From: Ensifer sp.
Lineage (GTDB): Bacteria > Pseudomonadota > Alphaproteobacteria > Rhizobiales > Rhizobiaceae
Length of the DNA stretch: 64,000 nt
Assembly: GCF_035999185.1 (NCBI RefSeq)
Contig: NZ_DASYHB010000121.1
Coordinates: forward strand, 10,154 to 74,153
Reading direction: 5' to 3'
Below the pieces are notes generated by a model. It did not search any database. It was not told the origin of the DNA and saw only the letters and a program-made list of their open reading frames with translations. Positions within the stretch are counted from its first letter, which is position 1. Every line of letters begins with the position of its first letter. The translations under genes and the position numbers were made by a program. Shown here one piece after another: positions 30,983 through 41,175 of this stretch.

Positions 30983-32305
30983 ACGAGAGTGACGGTCGGG
31001 GGTGTTGCTTTTCGCGGCGCCCCCGTTTTCCGGCGGCACCCAAGGGGTCACCGTCGAACCGACCGTGTTTTCCATCGACTGGCCGAGACGCCGCACCTGC
31101 GCGTCGTAGTTCCTGCGGGTGTTGGGGTCGAAGATCATGATCGGCGTTGATACCGCAAGGCTCGCGGCGCTGCCAACCGTCTGGGTGGCACCGAGCGTGA
31201 CGGCGCCGATGCGTTCGCCGAGACCGACGTCGGAATCGGTCACGGTCTGGCCGGCGATCAGGCGGTTGCCGAGCAGGCGCACGACCTCGGGGCTTTCGGC
31301 GAATTTGCCGTGGTTCAGCTTGTCGCCGCCCTTAAGCGCCGTCAGGTCGATGACGCTGATGCCGGCCTGTTCCAGCTGCGTGCGATAGGGTTCGGCGGTC
31401 GGATCGATCTGGCCAAGGCGGTCGACATTGCCGGAGATGCGCCTCGACAAGGTCAGCGCCCGGTCGTCGCGCGAGACGAACAGCGTGAACTTCGGGCGTT
31501 TCGTACCCATGGCTCGGATCTGCTGGCCGAAGACGTCGACGTCGAGATCGGGCGACGCGAGGATGACGTCGGTGATCTTGGGCGCGATGCGTCCGTCGCG
31601 GATCGCCATCTGGCGCAGGGCCTCGACCGTGACCCACGACCCCATGGAATGGGCCATGACGGTGATTTCGCCGACTTGGGGATTGCTTGAGGCGCGCCGA
31701 AGCAGTTCCTCCAGCGCGTCGCGCGAATAGTTGGTGCTTTCCTTGTCGTAATTGTAGTCGAAGATGCTAGCGCGCGAGGGCCAGGTGAAGATGACGGGGG
31801 CGACGTCGGTGCCGCTGTCGTGCACGATCTGGGCAAAACGATAGACGGCGTCTTCGTAGCGGTTGTTGAAGCCGTGAACGAAGATCAGCACGCGCCGGGT
31901 TTTCGGCAGATGACCCTTCACCCAGTTCTGGACGTCGTTGCCCTCGTGCAGCGGCGTGACGCTGACGGTGGAGAAATCGCGCTCCGGATTGGCGGGTAGC
32001 TTCGTCGGCCATTGCACCTGGCCGACCTTGCGGTTCTTTTCCGGCGGAATGGAGACGGCAATTTCCGTCAGTGAAAGCTCGGCCGAGCGTTCGCCGCTAA
32101 AAAGTACGCCCGGCTCTGCCGAGGGAGCGCGCGTCGTTGCGACCAGCAGGTCGACCTTGGAGGCGCCGCCCGTCGTGCCCGAAGGGACGAGCACGCCCAC
32201 GGGGCGTCCGGCGCAGGCCGCAAGCGTGGCTGCCAGGAGAAGCGTCGCAGCGATGCGGCCCCAGGGCCTCTTCGAGCCCGCAAGAGAAAACGAACGCACC
32301 GCCAA
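30980..32305 (-). CDS. Alpha/beta hydrolase lipoprotein (DUF900-like esterase)
   Basis: Lipobox LAAC, FVHGFNN, AHSMG nucleophile elbow, LNHGKF. Confidence 0.85.
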   Translation of the reverse strand: MAVRSFSLAGSKRPWGRIAATLLLAATLAACAGRPVGVLVPSGTTGGASKVDLLVATTRAPSAEPGVLFSGERSAELSLTEIAVSIPPEKNRKVGQVQWPTKLPANPERDFSTVSVTPLHEGNDVQNWVKGHLPKTRRVLIFVHGFNNRYEDAVYRFAQIVHDSGTDVAPVIFTWPSRASIFDYNYDKESTNYSRDALEELLRRASSNPQVGEITVMAHSMGSWVTVEALRQMAIRDGRIAPKITDVILASPDLDVDVFGQQIRAMGTKRPKFTLFVSRDDRALTLSRRISGNVDRLGQIDPTAEPYRTQLEQAGISVIDLTALKGGDKLNHGKFAESPEVVRLLGNRLIAGQTVTDSDVGLGERIGAVTLGATQTVGSAASLAVSTPIMIFDPNTRRNYDAQVRRLGQSMENTVGSTVTPWVPPENGGAAKSNTPDRHSR

Positions 32306-32601
32306 CCTCCCTGTACCGCATCATGCAGCATGTCGGCCCGATCCGTGGGCCCAAGCCATTCTCCTTGCATGAGAAACGCTGGGTTTTCATCCCTTGGCTG
32401 GGGTTCGAAGCCTTGTGGCACCGTGTTTGCCAGCGGCTATGCGGCAATCATGCAACATTTCGCTACAGGCAGGCCTGGGTAAAACCCCCTGATATTCATT
32501 GAAAAGGCTTTGGGGTTTCACTAGCATCGCGGCGACTTCCCTTGGGTGCCGTCGAAAGAGGACGCATCCGATCTCCCTGAAATGAAAAAGGAAATTCAGG
32601 A

Positions 32602-33657
32602 ATGCAGGCGGTTTTCGATGGCCACAACGACGTGCTTCTGCGCCTGTGGCAGAACGCCCGGAAGGGTGCAGACCCCGTGCGCGAATTCGTCGACGGCATC
32701 GACCAGGGTCATATCGACGGGCCGCGCGCCAAGGCGGGCCATCTCGTCGGCGGTCTCTCGGCGATCTACGTGCCTTCGGGGGATCTGATCCTGCAGCCGC
32801 CGGGCGAGAACGGCCACTATGATACGCCGCTTTCCGCTCCACTTGAGCACCTGCCGTCGCTGGCAATCGCCATCGAACTCGCCGACATCGCCGTGCGCCT
32901 CGACCGGGCAGGGGCCTGGAAGCTCTGCCGCTCGACCGCCGAAATCCGCGGGGCGGTGGAGAAAGGCGTGTTTGCCTCGGTGCTGCACATGGAAGGGTGC
33001 GAGGCGATCGGTGCCGATCTGTCCGCGCTCGAGACCTTTTATGCCGCGGGCCTGCGTTCGCTCGGCCCCGTCTGGAGCCGCCACAACGTCTTCGGTCACG
33101 GCGTGCCGTTCTCCTATCCGATGTCGCCGGATACGGCGCCGGGATTGACCGAGGCTGGTTTCGAGCTCGTGGAGGCCTGCAATCGCCTGGGTATTCTGAT
33201 CGATCTCGCCCACATCACCGAGCAGGGGTTCTGGGACGTCGCGAAAACCACGGATCAGCCGCTGGTCGCCAGCCATTCGAACGCACATGCTCTGACGCCG
33301 GTTGCGCGCAACCTGACCGACAAGCAGCTCGACGCCGTCCGCGAGAGCAAGGGGCTCGTCGGTCTCAACTACGCAACGACCATGCTGCGCGCCGATGGGC
33401 AGGAGAACGCCGCCACGCCGCTTTCCGACATGGTCCGCCACATCGACTACCTGGTCGAGCGCATGGGCATCGACTGCGTCGCGCTCGGGTCCGACTTCGA
33501 CGGGGCGACGATCCCCGAGGAGATCGCCGACGCTGCCGGTAACCAGGCGCTCGTTGCGGCGCTCAGAAGTGCCGGATATGGTGACGCCGAACTGGCAAAG
33601 ATATGCCGGGAGAACTGGTGGAGAGTTCTGGGACAGGCTTGGCACGAAGCCGCCTGA
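32602..33657 (+). CDS. Membrane dipeptidase (peptidase M19)
   Basis: DGHND, LHMEG, IDLAH, SHSN, LGSDFDG. Confidence 0.9.
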   Translation: MQAVFDGHNDVLLRLWQNARKGADPVREFVDGIDQGHIDGPRAKAGHLVGGLSAIYVPSGDLILQPPGENGHYDTPLSAPLEHLPSLAIAIELADIAVRLDRAGAWKLCRSTAEIRGAVEKGVFASVLHMEGCEAIGADLSALETFYAAGLRSLGPVWSRHNVFGHGVPFSYPMSPDTAPGLTEAGFELVEACNRLGILIDLAHITEQGFWDVAKTTDQPLVASHSNAHALTPVARNLTDKQLDAVRESKGLVGLNYATTMLRADGQENAATPLSDMVRHIDYLVERMGIDCVALGSDFDGATIPEEIADAAGNQALVAALRSAGYGDAELAKICRENWWRVLGQAWHEAA

Positions 33658-33702
33658 ACCATGAAGAAGAGCCCGTTAGGGGCATAACGAGGGAACTGCA
33701 AA

Positions 33703-35343
33703 ATGATGCACAAGCTCAACGGACGTCTTCGTCTTCTGACCGCTTCGGCGGCGCTGGCCATGGTCATGGCTGCGACCGCGCCGGCCTTCGCCGAGACGCC
33801 GAAGGACACGCTGGTCGAAGCTTTCGCGATCGACGACGTCATCACCATGGATCCGGGCGAAGCCTTCGAGCTGACCGCTGCCGAAGTCACCGGCAACACC
33901 TACAGCATGCTGGTGCGCCTCGACATCAACGACACCTCCAAGGTCGTTGGCGATCTCGCCGACAGCTGGACCGTGTCCGACGACGGCCTGACCTACACCT
34001 TCAAGCTCAAGTCCGGCCTGAAGTTTGCCTCCGGCAACCCGGTGACCGCTGAAGACGTCGCCTGGTCGTTCGAGCGCGCCGTCAAGCTCGACAAGAGCCC
34101 GGCCTTCATCCTCACACAGTTCGGCCTCACCGGCGACAACGTGACGGAAAAGGCAAAGGCTGCGGACGAACAGACCTTCGTCTTCACCGTCGACCAGCCC
34201 TATGCACCGAGCTTCGTCTTGAACTGCCTAACGGCGACCGTTGCTGCTGTGCTCGACAAGAAGGTGGTCCTCGACAACGTCAAGCCGGTCACGCCGACCG
34301 ACGACTACAAGTACGACAACGACTTCGGCAACGAATGGCTGAAGACCGGCTATGCTGGCTCCGGTCCGTTCAAGCTGCGCGAATGGCGCGCCAACGAAGT
34401 CATCGTGCTCGAGCGCAACGACAACTACTACGGCGAGCAGGCAAAGCTCGCTCGCGTCATCTATCGCCACATGAAGGAAAGCTCGGGCCAGCGCCTGGCG
34501 CTTGAAGCCGGCGATATCGACGTTGCGCGCAACCTCGAGCCGGGCGATCTCGACGCCGTCACGAAGAATGCGGATCTGGCGGCCACCAGCGCGCCCAAGG
34601 GCACGGTCTACTACATCAGCCTCAACCAGAAGAACGCGAACCTCGCAAAGCCTGAAGTGCGTGAAGCCTTCAAGTATCTGGTCGACTACGATGCACTCGG
34701 CTCGACGATCATCAAGGGCATTGGCGAAATCCACCAGAGCTTCCTGCCGAAGGGCGTGCTCGGCGCACTCGACGAGAACCCTTACAAGCTCGACGTCGCC
34801 AAGGCGAAGGAACTGCTCTCCAAGGCCGGCCTTGCTGACGGCTTCACCGTCACCATGGACGTGCGCAACGGCCAGCCGGTCACCGGCATTGCCGAATCCT
34901 TCCAGCAGACGCTCGGCCAGGCCGGCGTGAAGCTCGAAATCATCCCGGGCGACGGCAAGCAGACGCTGACGAAGTACCGTGCGCGTAACCACGACATGTA
35001 TATCGGTCAGTGGGGCATGGACTATTTCGATCCGAACTCCAACGCCGAAACCTTCACCAGCAACCCTGACAATTCCGACGAAGGCAAGAACAAGACCCTT
35101 GCCTGGCGCAATGCCTGGGACGTTCCGGAGCTGACGAAGAAGACCAAGGAAGCTCTGCTCGAGCGCGACAGCGCCAAGCGTGCGGAGACTTACAAGGAAC
35201 TGCAGAAGACGGTGCTTGGCGAAAGCCCGTTCGTCATCATCTTCCAGCAGACCGAAGTCGCCGGCTACCGCGCCAACGTCAAGGGCCTGAAGCTCGGTCC
35301 GAGCTTCGACACCAACTTCGTCGCCGGCATCACCAAAGAATAA
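33703..35343 (+). CDS. dppA: Dipeptide ABC transporter substrate-binding protein (family 5)
   Basis: Signal peptide, LADSWTVSDDGLTYTFKL, GSGPF. Confidence 0.88.
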   Translation: MMHKLNGRLRLLTASAALAMVMAATAPAFAETPKDTLVEAFAIDDVITMDPGEAFELTAAEVTGNTYSMLVRLDINDTSKVVGDLADSWTVSDDGLTYTFKLKSGLKFASGNPVTAEDVAWSFERAVKLDKSPAFILTQFGLTGDNVTEKAKAADEQTFVFTVDQPYAPSFVLNCLTATVAAVLDKKVVLDNVKPVTPTDDYKYDNDFGNEWLKTGYAGSGPFKLREWRANEVIVLERNDNYYGEQAKLARVIYRHMKESSGQRLALEAGDIDVARNLEPGDLDAVTKNADLAATSAPKGTVYYISLNQKNANLAKPEVREAFKYLVDYDALGSTIIKGIGEIHQSFLPKGVLGALDENPYKLDVAKAKELLSKAGLADGFTVTMDVRNGQPVTGIAESFQQTLGQAGVKLEIIPGDGKQTLTKYRARNHDMYIGQWGMDYFDPNSNAETFTSNPDNSDEGKNKTLAWRNAWDVPELTKKTKEALLERDSAKRAETYKELQKTVLGESPFVIIFQQTEVAGYRANVKGLKLGPSFDTNFVAGITKE

Positions 35344-35385
35344 GCCGTCTCGAAGGAATAAACCGAAAGGATAGTTCCCTTGAGC

Positions 35386-36447
35386 ATGAGCGGAACAGGG
35401 ACCATGGACGGGCGCAAACGCGCCCGTCCCGGCAAGATCGTGGCAGCCGTGCTGCGTTTTCTCGTGGTCGTGCTGACGACCTATCTCGGCCTCCTGGCCG
35501 TCACCTTCTTCATCGGCCGGGTGATCCCGATCGATCCGGTTCTGGCCGTCCTCGGTGACCGGGCGCCGTCGCATGTCGTCGAAAGGACGCGCGAGGCGAT
35601 GGGGCTGAACCTGCCCCTCTATCAGCAGTTTTTCATCTATGTCCGCCAGGCGCTGACCGGCGATTTCGGCGTTTCGGTGCTGACGACCAATCCGGTCATG
35701 ACCGACATCCGCCGCGTCTTCCCGGCGACGATGGAACTTGCGACGCTCGGCACGCTGATCGGCGCCATCTTCGGCGTGCCGCTCGGGGTGCTCGCCGCCG
35801 TCAAGCGCGGCAGCATCGCCGACCAGATCGTCCGCGTCATCGGCCTTGTCGGCTATTCCGTACCGATCTTCTGGCTGGCGCTGCTGTCGCTGCTCGTCTT
35901 CTACGCGCGGCTGAAATGGGTCGCCTATCCCGGCCGTATCGATATCGTCTTCGAATACACGTTCACCCCGATCACCGGTTTCTACCTGTTCGACGCCCTT
36001 TGGCAGCGGCAGTGGGACGTGCTCTGGGATGTGTTTCGCCACATCATCCTGCCGGCGTCGTTGCTCGGCTACTTCTCGCTCGCCTATATCAGCCGCATGA
36101 CGCGCAGCTTCATGCTCAACGAGTTGCAGCAGGAATATATCGTCGCGGCGCGGGCCAAGGGCCTGTCGGAGACCCGCATCATCTGGGGGCATGCGCTCAG
36201 AAACGCTGCCGTGCCGCTCGTGACGGTGATCGCGCTTTCCTATGCCGGCCTGCTCGAAGGCTCGGTATTGACGGAAACCGTCTTCGCCTGGCCTGGCCTT
36301 GGCCTCTACATCACCAACTCGCTGCAGAATGCCGACATGAACGCCGTCCTCGGTGGCACCATCGTCATCGGCTCGGTCTTCATCGGCATCAATCTCTTGT
36401 CCGACCTTCTCTATCGGACGCTCGACCCGAGGACGCGCCAGCGATGA
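35386..36447 (+). CDS. dppB: Dipeptide ABC transporter permease
   Basis: GDFGVS, FPATMEL, YIVAARAKGL, HALRNA; start uncertain by a few codons. Confidence 0.88.
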   Translation: MSGTGTMDGRKRARPGKIVAAVLRFLVVVLTTYLGLLAVTFFIGRVIPIDPVLAVLGDRAPSHVVERTREAMGLNLPLYQQFFIYVRQALTGDFGVSVLTTNPVMTDIRRVFPATMELATLGTLIGAIFGVPLGVLAAVKRGSIADQIVRVIGLVGYSVPIFWLALLSLLVFYARLKWVAYPGRIDIVFEYTFTPITGFYLFDALWQRQWDVLWDVFRHIILPASLLGYFSLAYISRMTRSFMLNELQQEYIVAARAKGLSETRIIWGHALRNAAVPLVTVIALSYAGLLEGSVLTETVFAWPGLGLYITNSLQNADMNAVLGGTIVIGSVFIGINLLSDLLYRTLDPRTRQR

Positions 36448-37376
36448 GCACCGTTACCCAGACACGTCCGATGACGCGCCGCGAATGGCTTTTGTCCGAT
36501 CGTCCCCAGTCGCGCACGCAGGCCCGCCTCGGTCGCGCCTACATGACCTGGCAGCGTTTTGCCGCGAACAAGCTCGCCGTTCTCGGCCTGCTCATTCTGT
36601 TGGCGCTGGTCTTCGTGGCCGCTTTCGCCGATCTTCTGGCGCCGCATTCGCCCTACATCGGCGATCTCGCCAATGCACGGCTGATGCCGCCGGGAAGTCC
36701 CGGCTACCTGCTCGGCACCGATGATCTCGGCCGCGACATCCTATCGCGGCTGATCCACGGATCGCGGCTGACGCTCGCCGTCGTCCTGCTCGTCGCCATC
36801 ATTGCCGCGCCGATCGGGCTCATCGTCGGCGCTGTCGCCGGCTATGCCGGCGGCTGGGTCGATGCCGTGCTGATGCGCATCACTGACATCTTCCTCGCCT
36901 TCCCGAAGCTGGTGCTGGCGCTCGCCTTCGTCGCAGCCCTCGGCCCGGGCATCGAGAATGCCGTGATCGCCATCGCCATCACCTCCTGGCCTCCCTATGC
37001 CCGCATCGCCCGCGCCGAAACGCTGACGGTGCGCAATTCCGACTACATCGCCGCCGTTCAGCTGATGGGCGCTTCGCCGACCCGTATCGTCTTCCGGCAC
37101 GTCATGCCGATGTGCATGTCGTCGCTGATCGTGCGTGTCACGCTCGACATGGCCGGCATTATCCTGACTGCCGCGGGCCTCGGCTTCCTTGGCCTCGGCG
37201 CCCAGCCGCCACTTCCGGAATGGGGCGCGATGATCGCGTCCGGCCGCCGCTTCATCCTCGACCAGTGGTGGGTGGCGACCATGCCCGGCATCGCGATCCT
37301 GATTGTCAGCCTCGGCTTCAACCTGCTCGGCGACGGCCTGCGCGACGCGCTTGACCCGCGGGAGAGCGGCCAATGA
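36444..37376 (+). CDS. dppC: Dipeptide ABC transporter permease
   Basis: LGTDDLGRD, YIAAVQLMGAS, PEWG, GDGLRDALDP. Confidence 0.88.
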   Translation: MSTVTQTRPMTRREWLLSDRPQSRTQARLGRAYMTWQRFAANKLAVLGLLILLALVFVAAFADLLAPHSPYIGDLANARLMPPGSPGYLLGTDDLGRDILSRLIHGSRLTLAVVLLVAIIAAPIGLIVGAVAGYAGGWVDAVLMRITDIFLAFPKLVLALAFVAALGPGIENAVIAIAITSWPPYARIARAETLTVRNSDYIAAVQLMGASPTRIVFRHVMPMCMSSLIVRVTLDMAGIILTAAGLGFLGLGAQPPLPEWGAMIASGRRFILDQWWVATMPGIAILIVSLGFNLLGDGLRDALDPRESGQ

Positions 37377-38206
37377 GCGCGCTTCTGACGGTAGAAGACC
37401 TCAAGGTCTCGTTTCCGACCCGCACCGGCCTCATCGAGGCCGTGCGCGGCGTCTCCTTCACGCTCGGCCGCGAACGCCTCGGCATCGTCGGCGAAAGCGG
37501 CTCCGGCAAGTCGCAGACCGGCCGGGCGATCATGGGGCTGACGCCTTCACACGCACAGGTGACGGCAAAGCAACTGTCCTTCGACGGCATCGACCTCTTG
37601 TCCGCGTCGCCGAAGGTCCGCCGGGACCTCAGGGGCAAGCGCATCGCCATGATCCTGCAGGATCCGAAATACTCGCTGAACCCGGTCATGAGCATCGGCC
37701 GGCAGATCGTCGAGACGCTCAGGCAGCACGAGAATGTCAACCGGGGTGAAGCCCGCGAGCGGGCGCTCGACATGCTCGCAGCCGTCCAGATCCGCGACCC
37801 GAAGCGCGTCTACGATCTCTATCCGCACGAGGTTTCGGGCGGCATGGGTCAGCGCGCGATGATCGCGATGATGCTGGTTGCCGGACCGGAACTCCTGATC
37901 GCCGACGAGCCGACCTCGGCGCTCGACGTGACGGTCCAGCTCGAGGTGCTCGGTATCCTCGACAAGCTCGTGGCCGACCGCGGCATGGGCCTGATCTTCG
38001 TCTCGCACGACCTCAGGCTCGTCTCGTCCTTCTGCGACCGGGTGATCGTCATGTATGCCGGCCGGATCGTCGAGGAGCTGGCGGCGTCCGAGCTTGCCAA
38101 CGCCAAGCATCCCTATACCCAAGGGCTTCTGAATTGCATGCCGGCGATCGGCTCCGATCGCCATCCCCTGCCGGTCCTCGACCGCAAGCCGGAGTGGGCC
38201 CAATGA
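37373..38206 (+). CDS. dppD: Dipeptide ABC transporter ATP-binding protein
   Basis: GESGSGKS, VSGGMGQR, ADEPT, HPYTQGLL. Confidence 0.88.
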   Translation: MSALLTVEDLKVSFPTRTGLIEAVRGVSFTLGRERLGIVGESGSGKSQTGRAIMGLTPSHAQVTAKQLSFDGIDLLSASPKVRRDLRGKRIAMILQDPKYSLNPVMSIGRQIVETLRQHENVNRGEARERALDMLAAVQIRDPKRVYDLYPHEVSGGMGQRAMIAMMLVAGPELLIADEPTSALDVTVQLEVLGILDKLVADRGMGLIFVSHDLRLVSSFCDRVIVMYAGRIVEELAASELANAKHPYTQGLLNCMPAIGSDRHPLPVLDRKPEWAQ

Positions 38207-38970
38207 CATCAGCCGTTTCTGTTTCGAATGTCGTCGTCACCTATGACGAGTTCAAGGCGTTGAACGACGTCAGCGTCGAGATCGCGCCCGGCGAATCCTT
38301 CGGGCTCGTCGGTGAATCCGGATCGGGCAAGTCGACCCTGCTGCGGGCCGTCGCTGGTCTGGCGCCGGTCACGTCAGGCACGATCCGTGTCCATGATCGG
38401 GTGCTCAAGGGCTCCAAGCGCGACAAGGCTTTTTATCGCGCCGTGCAGATGGTCTTCCAGGACCCTTACGGCTCGCTGCATCCGCGTCAGACGATCGACC
38501 GGCAACTGCTCGAACCGCTGGCCGTCCACGGTGTCGCCGACGGCGAACGGCGCATTCTGAAGGCGTTGGACGAGGTCGGCCTCGGATCCGGTTTCCGGTT
38601 CCGCTATCCGCACCAGCTCTCGGGCGGCCAGCGCCAGCGCATCGCAATCGCCCGGGCGCTGATCCTCGAACCGTCGATCCTGCTTCTCGACGAGCCGACT
38701 TCGGCGCTCGACGCGTCTGTGCAGGCGGAAGTGCTGAACCTTCTTGAGCAGGTCAGGCGCGACCGCAAGCTCACCTTCATCATGGTCAGCCACGACCTCG
38801 GCGTCGTTACCCATATGTGTGACCGGTTGGCGGTGATGCAGGGCGGCCGCGTCGTCGAACGGCTGTCGTCAGCCGATCTCGTCGCCGGGCGCATCGGCGA
38901 GGACTATACGCGCAGCTTGATGGTGGCGAGCAAGGGCTTTCAGCGCAAGGACGCCGCTGCGACCGTGTGA
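38203..38970 (+). CDS. dppF: Dipeptide ABC transporter ATP-binding protein
   Basis: [22 protein letters not shown]. Confidence 0.88.
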   Translation: MTSAVSVSNVVVTYDEFKALNDVSVEIAPGESFGLVGESGSGKSTLLRAVAGLAPVTSGTIRVHDRVLKGSKRDKAFYRAVQMVFQDPYGSLHPRQTIDRQLLEPLAVHGVADGERRILKALDEVGLGSGFRFRYPHQLSGGQRQRIAIARALILEPSILLLDEPTSALDASVQAEVLNLLEQVRRDRKLTFIMVSHDLGVVTHMCDRLAVMQGGRVVERLSSADLVAGRIGEDYTRSLMVASKGFQRKDAAATV

Positions 38971-39039
38971 CGACCGGCGTTTACAGGCAGAGCGAGAACC
39001 TCGCGGGGCATCTGTATCAAACGGGAAAGCGCTGTGCTT

Positions 39040-39777
39040 TCAGGCGCTTTCCCGCCAGACCGAGGTGGAGTCGGTGATCACCTTTTGAATGTGTCGCTGT
39101 TCGCGCCATTCACGTCCCATATCCTTGATCACAGGGCATGCGTCTGGCGAGTAAATGTAGTTGCGACGGCTCGCGACATAGTCTTCCATCACCGGGTTGA
39201 CGCCCGAATAGAACTGCTTCTCCGGATCCCTGGAAAGGTCCATCAGACCGGCGCAGTGCCGAGCGAAGCCACCACGCAGGATCGAGGGCGAGGTGGTGAA
39301 CTTCGGGAAGGTCCGAAACAGTGGGATCCTGATCCCGAAGAGGTGCGCATATTCGTTGCGCCGATGGAAGTGGCCCTTGCGGCCGATATCCCAGTTCTGG
39401 TCCGCCGTATGGAACGACACCTGGCTTATCGTCGGGTCGGCGAAGGGCGCCAGCAGTTCCTCGCCCATATCCCTCAAGGAAATCCAGTCGTCCTCAAGAT
39501 GGAAGACGTAGTCGGCACTTGAGGCAGACCAGAGCCTGGCGACGGCCGCGCAGAAGCCCGGGCTTTCCGGCTGGAAAATGGTGGCCTCAGGAAAATGCCT
39601 GCGGAAGATCTCGACGCAGGCGCGATGGTCGTCCACCGACCCGAAGACCGGGTCGAGATTGAGATAGGCGCCGCGCAGGTTGAGCTTGCCAAAGATTTTC
39701 TCTCCGAAGCTCGCGAGCGTCTGGTCAAGCAAATCCGGGCGCCGGGTGGCGACAACGCAAAGGTCAATCGTGGACAT
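39040..39777 (-). CDS. Glycosyltransferase, GT-A/GT2-like
   Basis: N-terminal beta strand with RRPDLLDQTLASF, FHLEDDW DxD-like motif. Confidence 0.7.
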   Translation of the reverse strand: MSTIDLCVVATRRPDLLDQTLASFGEKIFGKLNLRGAYLNLDPVFGSVDDHRACVEIFRRHFPEATIFQPESPGFCAAVARLWSASSADYVFHLEDDWISLRDMGEELLAPFADPTISQVSFHTADQNWDIGRKGHFHRRNEYAHLFGIRIPLFRTFPKFTTSPSILRGGFARHCAGLMDLSRDPEKQFYSGVNPVMEDYVASRRNYIYSPDACPVIKDMGREWREQRHIQKVITDSTSVWRESA

Positions 39778-39934
39778 AACACATCCTTGGGTGTGTTTTT
39801 TGCAACCGTCAAGACCCACGCGCGGCTCGATCTCGCTTCAATTGTGCAAACCCACCCCTAGGCGATCAACGTGGTTGATTTCCGCCCTTAAAGGGGAAGG
39901 TTGGACGAACCGCCCGCGCCCTGGGCGCTGAAAA

Positions 39935-41167
39935 TCAGAATACGCTGAGCTCCGGTATAGCCACGACGAAGCGGCCGCCCCAGTCGCGGATCGCAGCGTT
40001 GTCGGCAACGATCTCTGCCTTCAGGTTCCACGGCAGGATAACCAGATAATCGGGCCTTGCGTGCTCGATGCGGGTCGGCGCGTGCACCGGAATATGGGTT
40101 CCGGGCAAGAGCTTGCCCTGCTTCAGGTCGTTCCGGTCCACCGCGAAGGCGATCTCGCTTTGCGACAGGCCGCAGACATTGAGGAAGGTGTTGCCTTTCG
40201 CAGCGGCGCCATAGGCCGCCACCGTTTTTCCTTCGGCCTTGGCGCGCGCCAGGAAGTCCTGGAAATCCTTGCAGACGGCGGCAATGCGGGTGTCGAAGGC
40301 CTGGTAGGTTTCCATCTTCATCAGTCCGGCAACCGCCTCGGTGGCGCGCAGCGTCTCAAGCTGAAGCGTGGCCTTCCGCACGCCCGATGCAAGCTGTGCA
40401 TAGACGCGCAACGAGCCGCCATGCGTCGGCAGTTCCTCGACGTCGAAGACCTTCAGGCCGGAACTTTCGAAGATGCGTTCCACGGCGGCGAGCGACAGAT
40501 ACGAGTAGTGCTCGTGATAGATCGTGTCGAACTGCACCTCTTCCATCAGCCGCAGAAGATGCGGGAACTCGAAGGTCGCCACGCCATCCGGCTTCAGCAG
40601 TATGGCAAAGCCACCCACGAAGTCGGCGATGTCAGGCACATGGGCGAGGACGTTGTTGGCGGCCGTCAGGTCGGCGCGGATCCCGCGCTTGACGAGTTCG
40701 GTTGCGGTCTCGCGGCCGAAGAAGGCGACTTCGGTCGGAACCTTGCGTTCCTCGGCAAGCCGTGCCGCGTTGGCGGCGGGCTCGACGCCGAGTACCGGAA
40801 TGCCCTTGTCGACGAAGTACTGCAGCAGGTAGCCGTCATTGGACGCAATCTCGACGACCTGGGAACTGTCGTTCAGCCCGAAGCGCTCGGTCATGGTGTC
40901 GGCATAGCGGCGAGCATGCTCGAGCCAGCTTGTCGAGAAAGACGAGAGGTAGGCGTAACCGTCGGTGAAGATCTCGTGCGCGGGCACGTTCTCCGTCGTC
41001 TGCACCAGCAGGCATTCGGAGCAGACCATTGCTTTCAGGGGAAACGAGCGCTCGCGCGCGATCGCTTCTTCGGTCGGCTCAAGGAACGAGTTCGACCACG
41101 GGGTCGAGCCCAGGTCGGCGACGACAGTGTTGAGCGGTGTCGAGCAGAAACGGCAATTGTGGGACAT
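39935..41167 (-). CDS. NDP-hexose 3-C-methyltransferase family
   Basis: Zn-binding CRFC...CSEC, VEIASNDG SAM motif, TIYHEH, YGAAAKG, LPWN. Confidence 0.88.
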   Translation of the reverse strand: MSHNCRFCSTPLNTVVADLGSTPWSNSFLEPTEEAIARERSFPLKAMVCSECLLVQTTENVPAHEIFTDGYAYLSSFSTSWLEHARRYADTMTERFGLNDSSQVVEIASNDGYLLQYFVDKGIPVLGVEPAANAARLAEERKVPTEVAFFGRETATELVKRGIRADLTAANNVLAHVPDIADFVGGFAILLKPDGVATFEFPHLLRLMEEVQFDTIYHEHYSYLSLAAVERIFESSGLKVFDVEELPTHGGSLRVYAQLASGVRKATLQLETLRATEAVAGLMKMETYQAFDTRIAAVCKDFQDFLARAKAEGKTVAAYGAAAKGNTFLNVCGLSQSEIAFAVDRNDLKQGKLLPGTHIPVHAPTRIEHARPDYLVILPWNLKAEIVADNAAIRDWGGRFVVAIPELSVF

Positions 41168-41175
41168 CGAAGTCG

